Assembly: GCA_012295275.1 (NCBI GenBank)
Contig: CM022677.1
Coordinates: forward strand, 18,848,001-18,912,000
Direction of reading: 5' to 3'
DNA from: Chrysomallon squamiferum
Lineage: Eukaryota > Animalia > Mollusca
Length of the DNA: 64,000 bases
Part shown: positions 25,301-35,761 of the stretch, one piece after another
Position numbering within the stretch: the first letter of the stretch is position 1
Layout of the letters: each line of letters opens with the position of its first letter
Program-made: the position numbers and the translations under genes
Notes under the pieces: model-generated
What the model saw: the letters and a program-made list of their open reading frames with translations, nothing else
The model's database searches: none
What the model was told of the DNA's origin: nothing

Positions 25301-28300
25301 TTTCTACTTGTTCTGTAGTGACTTCCCTGTCTTCTTCAGTTATTTCAAGTTGTTCTGTAGTAACTTCTCTTTCTTCTTCAGGTATTTCTACTGGTTGTGT
25401 AGTAACTTCTCTTTCTTCTTCTGTTATTTCTACTTGTTCTGTAGTAACTTCTCTTTCTTCTTCAGTTATTTCTACTCGTTCTCTAGTAACTTCTCTTTCT
25501 TCTTCAGTTATTTCAACTGGTTCTGTACTAACTTCTCTTTCTTCTTCAGTTATTTCTACTGGTTCTGTAGTAACTTCTGTTTCTTCTTCAGTTATTTCTA
25601 CTGGTTCTGTAGTAACTTCTGTTTCTTCTTCAGTTATTTCTACTGGTTCTGTGGTAACTTCTCTTTCTTCTTCAAATATTTCTACTGGTTCTGTAGTAAC
25701 TTTCCTTTCTTCTTCAGTTATTTCTACTTGTTCTGTAGTGACTTCCCTGTCTTCTTCAGTTATTTCAAGTTGTTCTGTAGTAACTTCTCTTTCTTCTTCA
25801 GGTATTTCTACTGGTTGTGTAGTAACTTCTCTTTCTTCTTCTGTTATTTCTACTTGTTCTGTAGTAACTTCTCTTTCTTCTTCAGTTATTTCTACTGGTT
25901 CTCTAGTAACTTCCCTTTCTTCTTCAATTACTTCTATTGATTCTCTAGTAACTTCTCTTTCTTCTTCAGTTATTTCTAGTGGTTCTGTACAAACTTCTCT
26001 TTCTTCTTCAGTTATTTCTACTCGTTCTGTAGTAACTTCTCTTTCTTCTTCAGTTATTTCTACTCGTTCTGTAGTAACTTCTCTTTCTTCTTCAGTTATT
26101 TCTACTTGTTCTGTGGTAACTTCTCTTTCTTCTTCAGTTATTTCAACTGGTTCTGTAGTAACTTCTCTTTCTTCTTCAGTTATTTCTACTGGTTCTGTAG
26201 TAACTTCTGTTTCTTCTTCAGTTATTACTACTGGTTCTGTAGTAACTTCTCTTTCTTCTTCAAATATTTCTACTGGTTCTGTAGTAACTTTCCTTTCTTC
26301 TTCAGTTATTTCTACTTGTTCTGTAGTGACTTCCCTGTCTTCTTCAGTTATTTCTACTTGTTCTGTGGTAACTTCCGTGTCTTCTTCAGTTATTTCTACT
26401 GGTTCTGTAGTAACTTCTCTGTCTTCTTCAGTTATTTCTACTGGTTCTGTAGTAACTTCTCTTTCTTCTTCAGTTATTTCTACTTCTTCTGTAGTGACTT
26501 CCCTTTCTTCTTCAGTTATTTCTACTTCTTCTGTAGTTATTTCTCTTTCCTCTTCAGTTATTTCCAGTTGTTCTGTAGTTACTTCCCTTTCTCCTTCAGT
26601 TATTTCTACTGGTTCTGTAGTAACTTCCCTTTCTTCTTCAGTAATTTCTACTGGTTCTGTGGTAACTTCCCTTTCTTCTTCAGTTATTTCTACTGGTTCT
26701 GTTGTAACTTCCCTTTCTTCTTCACTTATTTGTAGTGGTTCTGTAGTAACTTCCCTTTCTTCTTCAGTTATTTCCATTTGCTCTGGAGTAACTTCCCTTT
26801 CTTCGTCACTTATTTGTAGTGGTTCTGTAGTTAATTCCCTTTCTTCTTCAGTTACTTCTACTGGTTCTGTAGTAACTTCTCTTTCTTCTTCTGTTATTTC
26901 TACTTGTTCTGTAGTAACTTCTCTTTCTTCTTCAGTTATTTGAAGTGGTTCTGTAGTAACTTCCCTTTCTTCTTCAGTTATTTGAAGTGGTTCTGTAGTA
27001 ACTTCCCTTTCTTCTTCAGTTATTTCAAGTGGTTCTGTGGTAACCTCCGTTTCTTCTTCAGTTATTTCTACCGGTTCTGTAGTGACTTTCCCTTCTTCTT
27101 CAGTTATTTCTAATGGTTCTGTAGTTTCTTCCCTTTCTTCTTCAGTTATTTCTACTTGTTCTGTAGTGACTTCTCTTTCTTGTTCAGTTATTTCTGCTAG
27201 TTCTGTAGTAACTTTCCTTTCTTCTTCAGTTATTTCTGCTAGTTCTGTAGTAACTTCTGTTTCTTCTTCAGTTATTTGAAGTGGTTCTGTCGTAACTTCC
27301 CTTTCTTCTTCAGTTATTTCACGTGGTTCTGTAGTAACTTCCCTTTCTTCTTCAGTTATTTCTGCTGGTTCTGTAGTAACTTCCCTTTCTTCTTCAGTAA
27401 CTTCAACTGGTTCTGTAGTAACTTCTCTTTCTTCTTCAGTTATTTCTGCTGGTTCTGTAGTAACTTCCCTTTCTTCGTCAGTTATTTGTACTTGTTCTGT
27501 AGTAACTTCTCTTTCTTCTTCAGTTATTTCTACTTGTTCTGTAGTAACTTCTCTTTCTTCTTCAGTTACTTCTACTGGTTGTGTAGTAACTTCTCTTTCT
27601 TCTTCAGTTATTTCTACTGGTTCTGCAGTAACTTCTCTTTCTTCTTCAGTTATTTCTACTTGTTCTGTAGTAACTTCTCTTTCTTCTTCAGTTACTTCTA
27701 CTGGTTCTGCAGTAACTTCTCTTTCTTCTTCAGTTATTTCTACTTGTTCTGTAGTAACTTCTCTTTCTTCTTCAGTTATTTCTACTGGTTCTGTAGTAAC
27801 TTCTCTTTCTTCTTCAGTTATTTCTACTGGTTCTGTAGTAACTTCTCTTTCTTCTTCAGTTATTTCTAGTGGTTCTGCAGTGACTTCCCTTTCTTCTTCA
27901 GTTGTTTCTACTTGTTCTGTAGTATCTTCTCTTTCTTCTTCAGTTATTTCTACTGGTTCTGTAGTAAGTTTCCTGTGTTCTTCAGTTGTTTCAGTTGTTC
28001 GAATTTCAGATTCAGATTCAGATATTGCAAGTTCAGTTTCAGTTACTGGAAGTTCAGTCTCAGTTACTGGAATTTCAGATTCCCTTACTGCAAGTTCAGT
28101 TTCAGTAACTGGAATTTCATATCCAGTTATAGGAAGTTCACTTTCAATCACTGGGATTTCACTTTCGGATACTGGTAGTTCACTTTCGGATACTGGGAGT
28201 TCAGTTTCAGATTCTTGAAGTTGACTTTCACTTACTGGTAGTTCAACTTCAGTTTCGGGAACTCCATATTCATCTGTTGGAAATTCAGTTTTGGATACTT

Positions 28301-31300
28301 GAGTTTCAATTTCTGATTCAGTCACTGGAAGTTCACCTTCGGTTTCTTGAACTTCCGTTTCTGTTATTTCTACTTGTTCTGTAGTAACTTCTGTTTCTTC
28401 TTTAGTTATTTCTACTAGTTCTGCAGTAACTTCTCTTTCTTCTACAGTTATTTCTACTGGTTCTGTAGTAACTTCTCTTTCTTCTTCAGTTATTTCTACT
28501 GGTTCTGTACTAACTTCTCTTTCTTCTTCAGTTACTTCTACTGGTTCTGTAGTAACTTCTCTTTCTTCTTCAGTTACTTCTACTGGTTCTGTAGTAACTT
28601 CCCTTTCTCCTTCAGTTATTTCTACTGGTTCTGTAGTAACTTCTCTTTCTTCTTCAGTTACTTCTACTGGTTCTGTAGTAACTTCTCTTTCTTCTTCAGT
28701 TACTTCTACTGGTTCTGTAGTAACTTCCCTTTCTCCTTCAGTTATTTCTACTGGTTCTGTAGTAACTTCTCTTTCTTCTTCAGTTACTTCTACTGGTTCT
28801 GTAGTAACTTCTCTTTCTTCTTCAGTTATTTCTATTGGTTCTGTAGTAACTTCTCTTTCTTCTTCTGTTATTTGTGCTTGTTCTGTAGTAACTTCTCTTT
28901 CTTCTTCTGTTATTTCTACTGGTTCTGTAGTAACTTCTCTTTCTTCTTCAGTTATTTGTGCTTGTTCTGTAGTAACTTCTCTTTCTTCTTCAGTTACTTT
29001 GGTTGTTCGAATTTCAGATTCAGATACTGGAAGTTCAGATTCAGATACTGGAGTTTCAGTTCGAGTTACTGGAAGTTCAGATTCAGATACTGGAAGTTCA
29101 GATTCAGATACTGGAAGTTCAGATTCAGATACTGGAGCTTCAGTTACTGGAAGTTCAGATTCAGATACATGAGTTTCAGTTTCAGTAACTACAAGTTCAG
29201 ATTCAGATACTGGAGTTTCAGTTTCAGTTAATGGAAGTTCAGATTCAGAAACTGAAAGTTCAGATTCAGATACTGGAAGTTCAGATTCAGATACTGGAAT
29301 TTCAGATTCAGATATTGGAAGTTCAGATTCAAATACTGCAAGTTCAGTTTCAGTTACTGGAAGTTCAGATTCAGATACTGCAGGTTTTGTTTCAGGTATT
29401 GGAATTTCATATTCAGTTATCGGTAGTTCAGTTTCAGATACTGGATATTCAGCTTCAGCGTCGGGAACTCCATCTTCAGGTGTCGGAAGTTCAGTTTCGG
29501 ATACTTGAGTTTCAATTTCAGATTCAGTTACTGGAAGTTCACCTTCGATTTCCGGAACTTCCGTTTCAGTTACATCTACTTGCTCTTTAGTTACTTCCCT
29601 TTCTTCTTCAGTTATTTCTACTGGTTCTATAGTAACTTCTCTTTCTTCTTCAGTTATTTCTACTTGTTCTGTAGTAACTTCTCTTTCTTCTTCAGTTATT
29701 TCTACTGGTTCTGTAGTAACTTCTCTTTCTTCTTCAGTTATTTCTACTGGTTCTGAAGTAACTTCTCTTTCTTCTTCAGTTATTTCTACTTGTTCTGTAG
29801 TGACTTCCCTTTCTTCTTCAGTTATTTCTACTTGTTCTGTAGTAACTTCTCTCTCTTCTTCAGTTACTTCTACTGGTTCTGTAGTTACTTCTCTTTCTTC
29901 TTCAGTTATTGCTACTGGTTCTGTAGTAACTTCTCTTTCTTCTTCAGTTATTTCTAGTGGTTCTGCAGTAACTTCTCTTTCTTCTTCAGTTATTTCCACT
30001 TGTTCTGCAGTAACTTCTCTTTCTTCTTCAGTTATTTCAACTTGTTCTGTGGTAACTTCTCTTTCTTCTTCAGTTATTTCTACTGGTTCTGTAGTAACTT
30101 CTCTTTCTTCTTCAGTTATTTCTACTGGTTCTCTAGTAACTTCTCTTTCTTCTTCAGTTACTTCTACTGGTTCTGTAGTAACTTCTCTTTCTTCTTCAGT
30201 TATTTCAACTAGTTCTGTAGTAACTTCTCTTTCTTCTTCAGTTATTTCTACTGGTTCTGTAGTAACTTCCCTTTGTTCTTCAGTTATTTCTAGTGGTTCT
30301 GTAGTAACTTCCCTTTGTTCTTCAGGTATTTCTACTGGTTCTGTGGTAACTTCTCTTTCTTCTTCAGTTATTTCTACTGATTCTGTAGTGACGCCTCTTT
30401 CTTCAGTTTCTATCACTGGTAGTTCAGTCTCAGATACTGAAAGCTGAGTTTCAGATACTGGAAGTTCAGTTTCAGGTACTGGAAGTTCAGTTTCAGATAT
30501 TGGAAGTTCAGTTTCAGGTAGTGGCAGTTCAGTTTCAGATACTGGAAGTTCAGTTTCATGTACTGGAAGTTCAATTTCTGTCACTGGCAGTTCAGTTTCA
30601 GATACTGGAAGTTCACTTTCTGATACTGGGAGTTCAGATTCAGATACTGGAACTTCAGTTTCATATACTGGAAGTTCACTTTCAGATACAGGGGCTTCAC
30701 TTTGAGGTACTGGCAGTTCAGATTCAGATACTGGGAGTTCAGTTTCAGATACTGGAAGTTCACTTTCAGATACTGGGAGTTCAGTTTTAGTTACTGGAAG
30801 TTCACTTTCAGATACAGGGACTTCACTTTCAGGTACTGGGAGTTCAGTTTCAGATACAGGGACTTCACTTTCAGATACTGGAAGCTCAGATTCTCTTACT
30901 GCAGGTTCAGTTTCAGCTGCAGGAATTTCATATTCAGTTATAGGAAGTTCACTTTCTAATATTGGAAGTTCACTTTCAGTTACTGGTAGTTCAACTTCAG
31001 TTTCGGGAAGTCCATATTCAGCTGTTGGAAGTTCAGTTTCGGATACTGGAGTTTCAATTTCAGATTCAGTTACTGGAACTTCCGTTTCAGTTACTTCCAC
31101 TTCTTTTGTAGTAAGTTCTCTTTGTTCTTCATTTTTTCCTTCTGTTTCACTGACACCTATTTCTTCTTTTTCTTCTATTTCAGTGACACCTATTTCTTCT
31201 TTCTCTTCTGTTTCAGTGACACCTATTTCTTCTTTCTCTTCTATTTCAGTGACACCTATTTCTTCTTTCTCCTGTGTTTCACTGACACCTATTTCTTCTG

Positions 31301-33089
31301 TTTCAGTGACACCTATTTCTTCTGTTTCACTGACACCTATTTCTTCTGTTTCACTGACACCTATTTCTTCTGTTTCACTGACACCTATTTCTTCTAGTTC
31401 AGTGACACATATTTCTTCTTTCTTCTCTGTTTCAGTATCTCTTTCTTGGATTTCTTTCTCTGCGTCCATTTCTCTTATTAGAATGTCTCCTTGAGTTTCA
31501 GAAAGAAGATCTTCTCCTTCCTCTGCTTTTAACTCAGAGGTGAAGACTTCCGCAGTTACACGTTCTTGAACCTCCTCCTCAACGACCTTTTCAACTACTG
31601 GAATGTCTTCTTTGGTTTCAGAAAGGGAAACTTTACCTTCTTCTGCCTTGGCGAATTCAGTAGAGACATCTTGATATTTTTTAATTTCTCTTTGCACCAA
31701 GTCAGCTTCGGTTATTGGAATGTCTTCTTCAGTTTCAGAAAATGAAACTTCAGTTTCTGCTATTTCTGTTTCACTTTCCTTATTTTCAGTCACTGATTCG
31801 AGGATTCCTGCAGACGAACTGACAAATTTTTCAGTTTCTTCAATCGCCTGTTCAATATCTGCTTCTGTTTTTGGAATGTCTTCCTCTCCTTCGGGATATG
31901 AAACTTTTCTTTCTTTTTCAAATTCATCGACGTCGGCAGCAGCTCTACTCACAACGTCTACAGTCTCCTGAACTGCTGAATTAATGTCGGTTTCAAGTAT
32001 CGGAATGTCTTGATGAGTTTCAGATTCAAGTAATACGTCTTCTGTTTCAGTGACTTCTTTCTGTTGTGTTTCACTGACATCTTTCTCTTCTGTTTCACTT
32101 TATCTCCTTCTCTTCAATTTCAGTAACTTCATGGTGTTCTATTTCTGTGACTTCTTTCTCTTCAATTTCAGATTCTTCTTTCTGTTCTGTTTCAGTGACT
32201 TCTTTATCTTCTGTTTCAATGTCTTCTTTCTCTTCTGTTTCTGTGACTTCTTTCTCTGCAATTTCAGTTTCTTCTTTCTGTTCTGTTTCAGTGACTTCTT
32301 TATCTTCTATTTCAGTGACTCCTTTCTCTTCAATTTCAGTGACTCCTTTCTCTTCAATTTCAGTTACTTCTTTCTCTTCAATTTCAGTGACTTCTTTCTC
32401 TAATTTTTCAGTTATCTCCTTGTCTTCAATTTCAGTGACTCTTTCCTCTTCTATTTCAGTGACTTCTTTCTCTTCGATTTCAGTTACTTCTTTCTCTTCT
32501 ATTTCAGTCACAACTTTATCTTCTATTTCAGTGACGTCTTGTTCTTCAATTGCAGTAATCTCTTTCTCTTCTACTTCAGTGATTTCTTTGTTTTCTATTT
32601 CAGTGACTTCTTTCTCTTGAATTTCAGTTTCTTCTTTCTCTTCTATTTCAGTTATTTCTTTCTCTTCTATTTCAGTTTCTTCTTTCTCTTCTATTTCAGT
32701 GACTTCTTTGTCTTCTCTTTGTTTCAGTTTCTTCTTTTTCTTCTGTTATTTTCAGTGACTTCTTTGTCTGTTTTCAGTGACTTCTTTCTCTTCTATTTCA
32801 GTGACTTCTTTGTCTTCTGTTTCTTCAGTTTCTATTTTTCTTTCTCTTCTATTTCAGTGACTTGTTTCTCTTCTTATTTCAGTGACTTCTTTCTCTTCGA
32901 TTTCAGTGACTTCTTCTTCTTCTTCTATTTCAGTGACTTCTTTCTCTTCTATTTCAGGGATCTCTTCTCGATTTGACTCCCTCTCCTTAACTTTATCTTC
33001 AACCTGTTCTTCTTCAATTTTGCATCTCTCTTTCTCTCTTCAATTTGTTCTTTGCTGACCCTCTTTTCTTCTATTCAGTGATTTTTCTC
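4370..33089 (-). CDS. Giant coding exon (left copy): Glu/Thr/Ser/Val/Pro-rich tandem-repeat protein region, >9,200 aa; 5' end lost in the assembly gap
   Basis: ORF 4305..31952 (9215 aa) is stop-free upstream to 32099. A single extra A at ~32100 separates it from the EVTEIEEK-repeat frame (32095..32511), which degrades toward the gap. The 3' end is defined by the GTAAGC donor at 4369. Confidence 0.85.
5670..6680 (-). repeat. Coding tandem repeat, 54 nt / 18 aa [18 protein letters not shown], ~18 copies
   Basis: Counted in the translation. Confidence 0.95.
7950..12320 (-). repeat. Coding tandem repeat, 93 nt / 31 aa [31 protein letters not shown], with 81 nt / 27 aa variants
   Basis: Period measured (gtttcatcaacagg at 8641 and 8734). 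Confidence 0.95.
15060..15540 (-). repeat. Coding tandem repeat, ~33 nt / 11 aa [10 protein letters not shown]-type
   Basis: Visible in translation and DNA. Confidence 0.85.
15740..17990 (-). repeat. Coding tandem repeat, 30/33 nt, (E)[10 protein letters not shown]
   Basis: Visible in translation and DNA. Confidence 0.95.
19540..21990 (-). repeat. Coding tandem repeat, 51 nt / 17 aa [17 protein letters not shown], with shorter variants
   Basis: Period measured (tgttctagg at 19921 and 19972). Confidence 0.95.
22230..24600 (-). repeat. Coding tandem repeat, 21 nt / 7 aa ELPVTET
   Basis: Visible; contains a 945-bp (45-unit) duplication. Confidence 0.95.
24830..28000 (-). repeat. Coding tandem repeat, 42 nt / 14 aa [14 protein letters not shown], ~75 copies
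   Basis: Visible in translation and DNA. Confidence 0.95.
28010..31100 (-). repeat. Alternating blocks of the 21-nt (ELPVSES) and 42-nt ([14 protein letters not shown]) repeats; higher-order repeat
   Basis: Three related linkers PVTESEIET[PQ]VS.TE.PT.E.G.P at ~28300, ~29500 and ~31050. Confidence 0.9.
31140..31420 (-). repeat. Coding tandem repeat, 24/33 nt EEIGVSET / [11 protein letters not shown]
   Basis: Visible in translation. Confidence 0.9.
32050..32960 (-). repeat. Coding tandem repeat, 24 nt / 8 aa EVTEIEEK, increasingly error-ridden toward the gap
   Basis: ORF 32095..32511 and continuation of the DNA motif. Confidence 0.85.
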
Positions 33090-33289
33090 NNNNNNNNNNN
33101 NNNNNNNNNNNNNNNNNNNNNNNNNNNNNNNNNNNNNNNNNNNNNNNNNNNNNNNNNNNNNNNNNNNNNNNNNNNNNNNNNNNNNNNNNNNNNNNNNNNN
33201 NNNNNNNNNNNNNNNNNNNNNNNNNNNNNNNNNNNNNNNNNNNNNNNNNNNNNNNNNNNNNNNNNNNNNNNNNNNNNNNNNNNNNNNNN
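33090..33289. other. Assembly gap, exactly 200 N (probably a placeholder of unknown true length)
   Basis: Run of N with a round-number length. Confidence 0.98.
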
Positions 33290-35191
33290 TTGCTTCTGCT
33301 GATCTAATCCTTTCATAATCTTGCTCAGTTCTTATTATTGTGTCTTCTTCTTGGTGATCGTCTGCTACGATCTGCGATTCGTCATCTTTCTTACATTCTG
33401 CTTCTTCGAGAGCTGCTGCTATTTCCTCACTAAATTCATACTCCTGTCTTTCTTCTCTGGTCGCCATTTTCTCATCCATCGTTATTTCTGATTCACCTGA
33501 ACGTTTCTCGTCTTCTGCTTCTACTATAGATTGCGGTTTTTCTGTGGCATCTGTCACTTTTGTTGTATCATCAACCTCATCTTCTTTTTCTTCGCTAATC
33601 TTCATTTCTGTTGATACATCCATTATGATTTCTGAATCATCAACGACTTTATCTTTTTCTCCTTCACGGATCTCAATTTCTTTTGGAACATCCGTCGTCT
33701 TTGTTTGTTCTCCAGGATACTGAACCGACACCATCTCTACCAGATCTGATATTAGTTCCTTCGACATAGCGTCATGCGCAAACGGGTCACTGGCTGGATA
33801 GTCCGGTGAAGATATCTCAACCAGGTCACAGATTAGCTCTTTGGAAGGAACATCAGCTGGGAGATGTGTCATAGTAGCTGCTTCGTCTGAAGACCGATAA
33901 GTTAAGGAATCAAATGAAGCTAAGTCCTGAGACAGCATCATTTCCTTGTCCATCTCGGTGACAATGGTCTGGACGTATTCCTTTCTCTCTTCGAAATCTT
34001 CGTCTGGACACTCGACTTCCACTGATTCAATCAGTTCTGTTATTTCAACACGACTCTCTCCGGCATAGCTTACTGATGCCTCTTCAAACGCTGGACCTGT
34101 TTTTTCGTCAATGTCTTTCACGATTGTCTGAATGAAAACCTGTTTGCCGTGTTCTTCAGCGTCTGTTAGTTCGGTTGTCTTGGTTACCTGAATTATGCTA
34201 GTTCCCTCCGCGGTCGTCATGGTTTCATCATGAGATATGTCAAACATCATCGATTCATCTTCAGGACTGAATAAAGTAGAAGTGTCTTGTTCACTCTGAA
34301 TCATTCCTGCCGAAGATTCATCATATTTTCTTTCCTCTTCATGTTGTTCATGCTCTACCAGTTCACCTGTGTCTTGTTTCTCCTCTGTAAAAATGTGGAT
34401 ACTGGACGAATCTTCGTGCTTTACCAAACTAGAAATGTCTTCTTCATCACGAACCATTTCCTCAAAAGTTTCGTCCAATTTGCTCTGCAGATCAAGTCTT
34501 TCTTCTTCTGCTATTTTACTGGAATCTTGCAAATCTTCGTGAATAATTTCCTCTTCAGACTTTTCTGAACTAGTGGTTTCTTGTTGAATCGTTTCTTCGG
34601 TGGGTTCATCAAATTTATTTTCACTTTCATCACGCTGTTCTATGATTTCCGATTGTTCACTGAAAGATTCTGAATCAGCAGTAAAATTTTTGTCTTCCTT
34701 TGCCTCCTCACTAGACTCAACAAGCTGCAAATCGTCCTTAGTTTCAGACAGAAACTGACTCAGTTTCTCGAGAACTTTTGCTTCAGAAATATCTTCCGAA
34801 CTGGAAGACAAAGCAACTTGTCTTTGCTCTGAAACTGAAGCATCAGAAACTGAGGACGAAACGAGAGTCTCTTGTTCTGACGTCACTCTTTGTCCTTCTG
34901 GTGCAGCTGCTGCTTCAGAAGCATCTTCAGAGCTGGATGAGATGATGGCGTCTCTAGGAACAGTCCGGTTTGCTATGATGGTCTCAATCTCGGAAAGGAG
35001 ATCGTATATCTCGGACTCAAGCTGTATGCGTTTCTGCAGATGGTCCTGTAGTTCCGCCTCAGGTCTGGTGTCGTTGTCAAGCGACTGGTGTCGTCTCTGT
35101 CGCGTCGTCGTACATACGTCTCCCACGCCGTCAGCATCGTCTTTCCTTTCAGAAATAGGGGCTTCTGTGTCGGCAATCTTGATATCTTCAT
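33290..35191 (-). CDS. 5' part of a long coding exon (D-EDIKIADTEAP…EQDYERIRSAEA), open up to the gap; may be the 5' end of the giant exon at 4370-33089
   Basis: Acceptor ccattatcAG|ATGAAGAT (AG at 35193-35192). Within ORF 33075..35408, no stop before the N run. Paralogue at 1-1044. Confidence 0.8.
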
Positions 35192-35230
35192 CTGATAATG
35201 GTAATAACGATGATGATAATAGTAATAGTA

Positions 35231-35275
<45 letters not shown>

Positions 35276-35761
35276 GTAATAATAATAATAATGATGATGA
35301 TGATGATAGCAGTGGTAATAGCATTTGTATTGGTAATAGTAGTATGCTAGCAACAACAACAACAATAATAATAATGATAATAATAATAATATTCAAATTA
35401 AAATACACAGATAACCTTGTGTATATTCAAATACTCTCTCTCATTATCATTCTTTCCCTGTACATCTATCCATTTTTCTTTCAAACACACACACACACAC
35501 ACGCACACACATAAAGACACACCATTACTTTCCACCTCACACTCTGATACCAGGCATTTAGACAGACAAAAAAAACAAACAGGCAGAAATCTACACCCAG
35601 TGCAACTGAACAAAAACAAATCTCTGGAATAAAAAAACAAAGGAAAAACACAAAAAGAAGAGGCAGACATCTACACCCAGTACTACTGAACAAAAACAGA
35701 TCTCTGGAGAAAAGAGGAAAGAAGAAGAAGAAGAAGAAGAAGAAGAAAACGTTTCTCTCAC
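35192..35761 (-). other. GT-AG intron, 570 bp, phase 1
   Basis: Donor CATG|GTGAGA at 35761 and acceptor at 35193-35192. Contains (AAT)n, (CA)n, (GAA)n and a duplicated ~55-80 bp element (35581 and 35661) that is single-copy in the left intron (~1362-1415). Confidence 0.75.
35200..35392. repeat. Compound (AAT)n/(GAT)n/(AAC)n microsatellite
   Basis: Directly visible. Confidence 0.95.

Noticed and set aside
7891-26943. Long + strand ORFs (Ser/Val/Thr-rich 801, 570, 802 and 714 aa; Leu/Phe/Gln-rich 775 and 776 aa), and their equivalents at 44220-60943
   Set aside because: Antisense shadows of the minus-strand coding repeats. They are confined to single arrays, broken at different places in the two copies and lack splice support.
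31950-31952. ORF-track start of the 9215-aa ORF (also starts at 2605, 36914, 57592, 61187)
   Set aside because: Non-ATG codons inside continuing frames or overlapping splice acceptors; not real initiation sites.
32097-32102. Possible acceptor or true stop at the upstream end of the giant ORF
   Set aside because: Upstream DNA is purine-rich coding repeat with no pyrimidine tract. Removing one A restores the frame, and sequence quality falls toward the nearby contig end.
4370-33089. Naming the gene as titin/PEVK, mucin, neurofilament or Plasmodium Pf11-1/Ag332-like antigen
   Set aside because: Only compositional similarity. There are no Ig/Fn3 domains, Lys is too scarce for PEVK, and there are no KSP arrays or diagnostic domains, so no gene symbol is assigned.
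33395-33450. QEYEFSEEIAAALEEA, resembling the AnkG extended LIR (W-I-E-F-S-S-E-E-I)
   Set aside because: The aromatic anchor and spacing do not match the LIR core; resemblance is too weak to count as evidence.
35192-35408. Poly-Ile/Val/Leu N-terminus of ORF 33075..35408, resembling a signal peptide or TM helix
   Set aside because: It is the translation of an intronic (TTA/CTA)n microsatellite that differs in the other copy. A phase-compatible acceptor lies at 35192.
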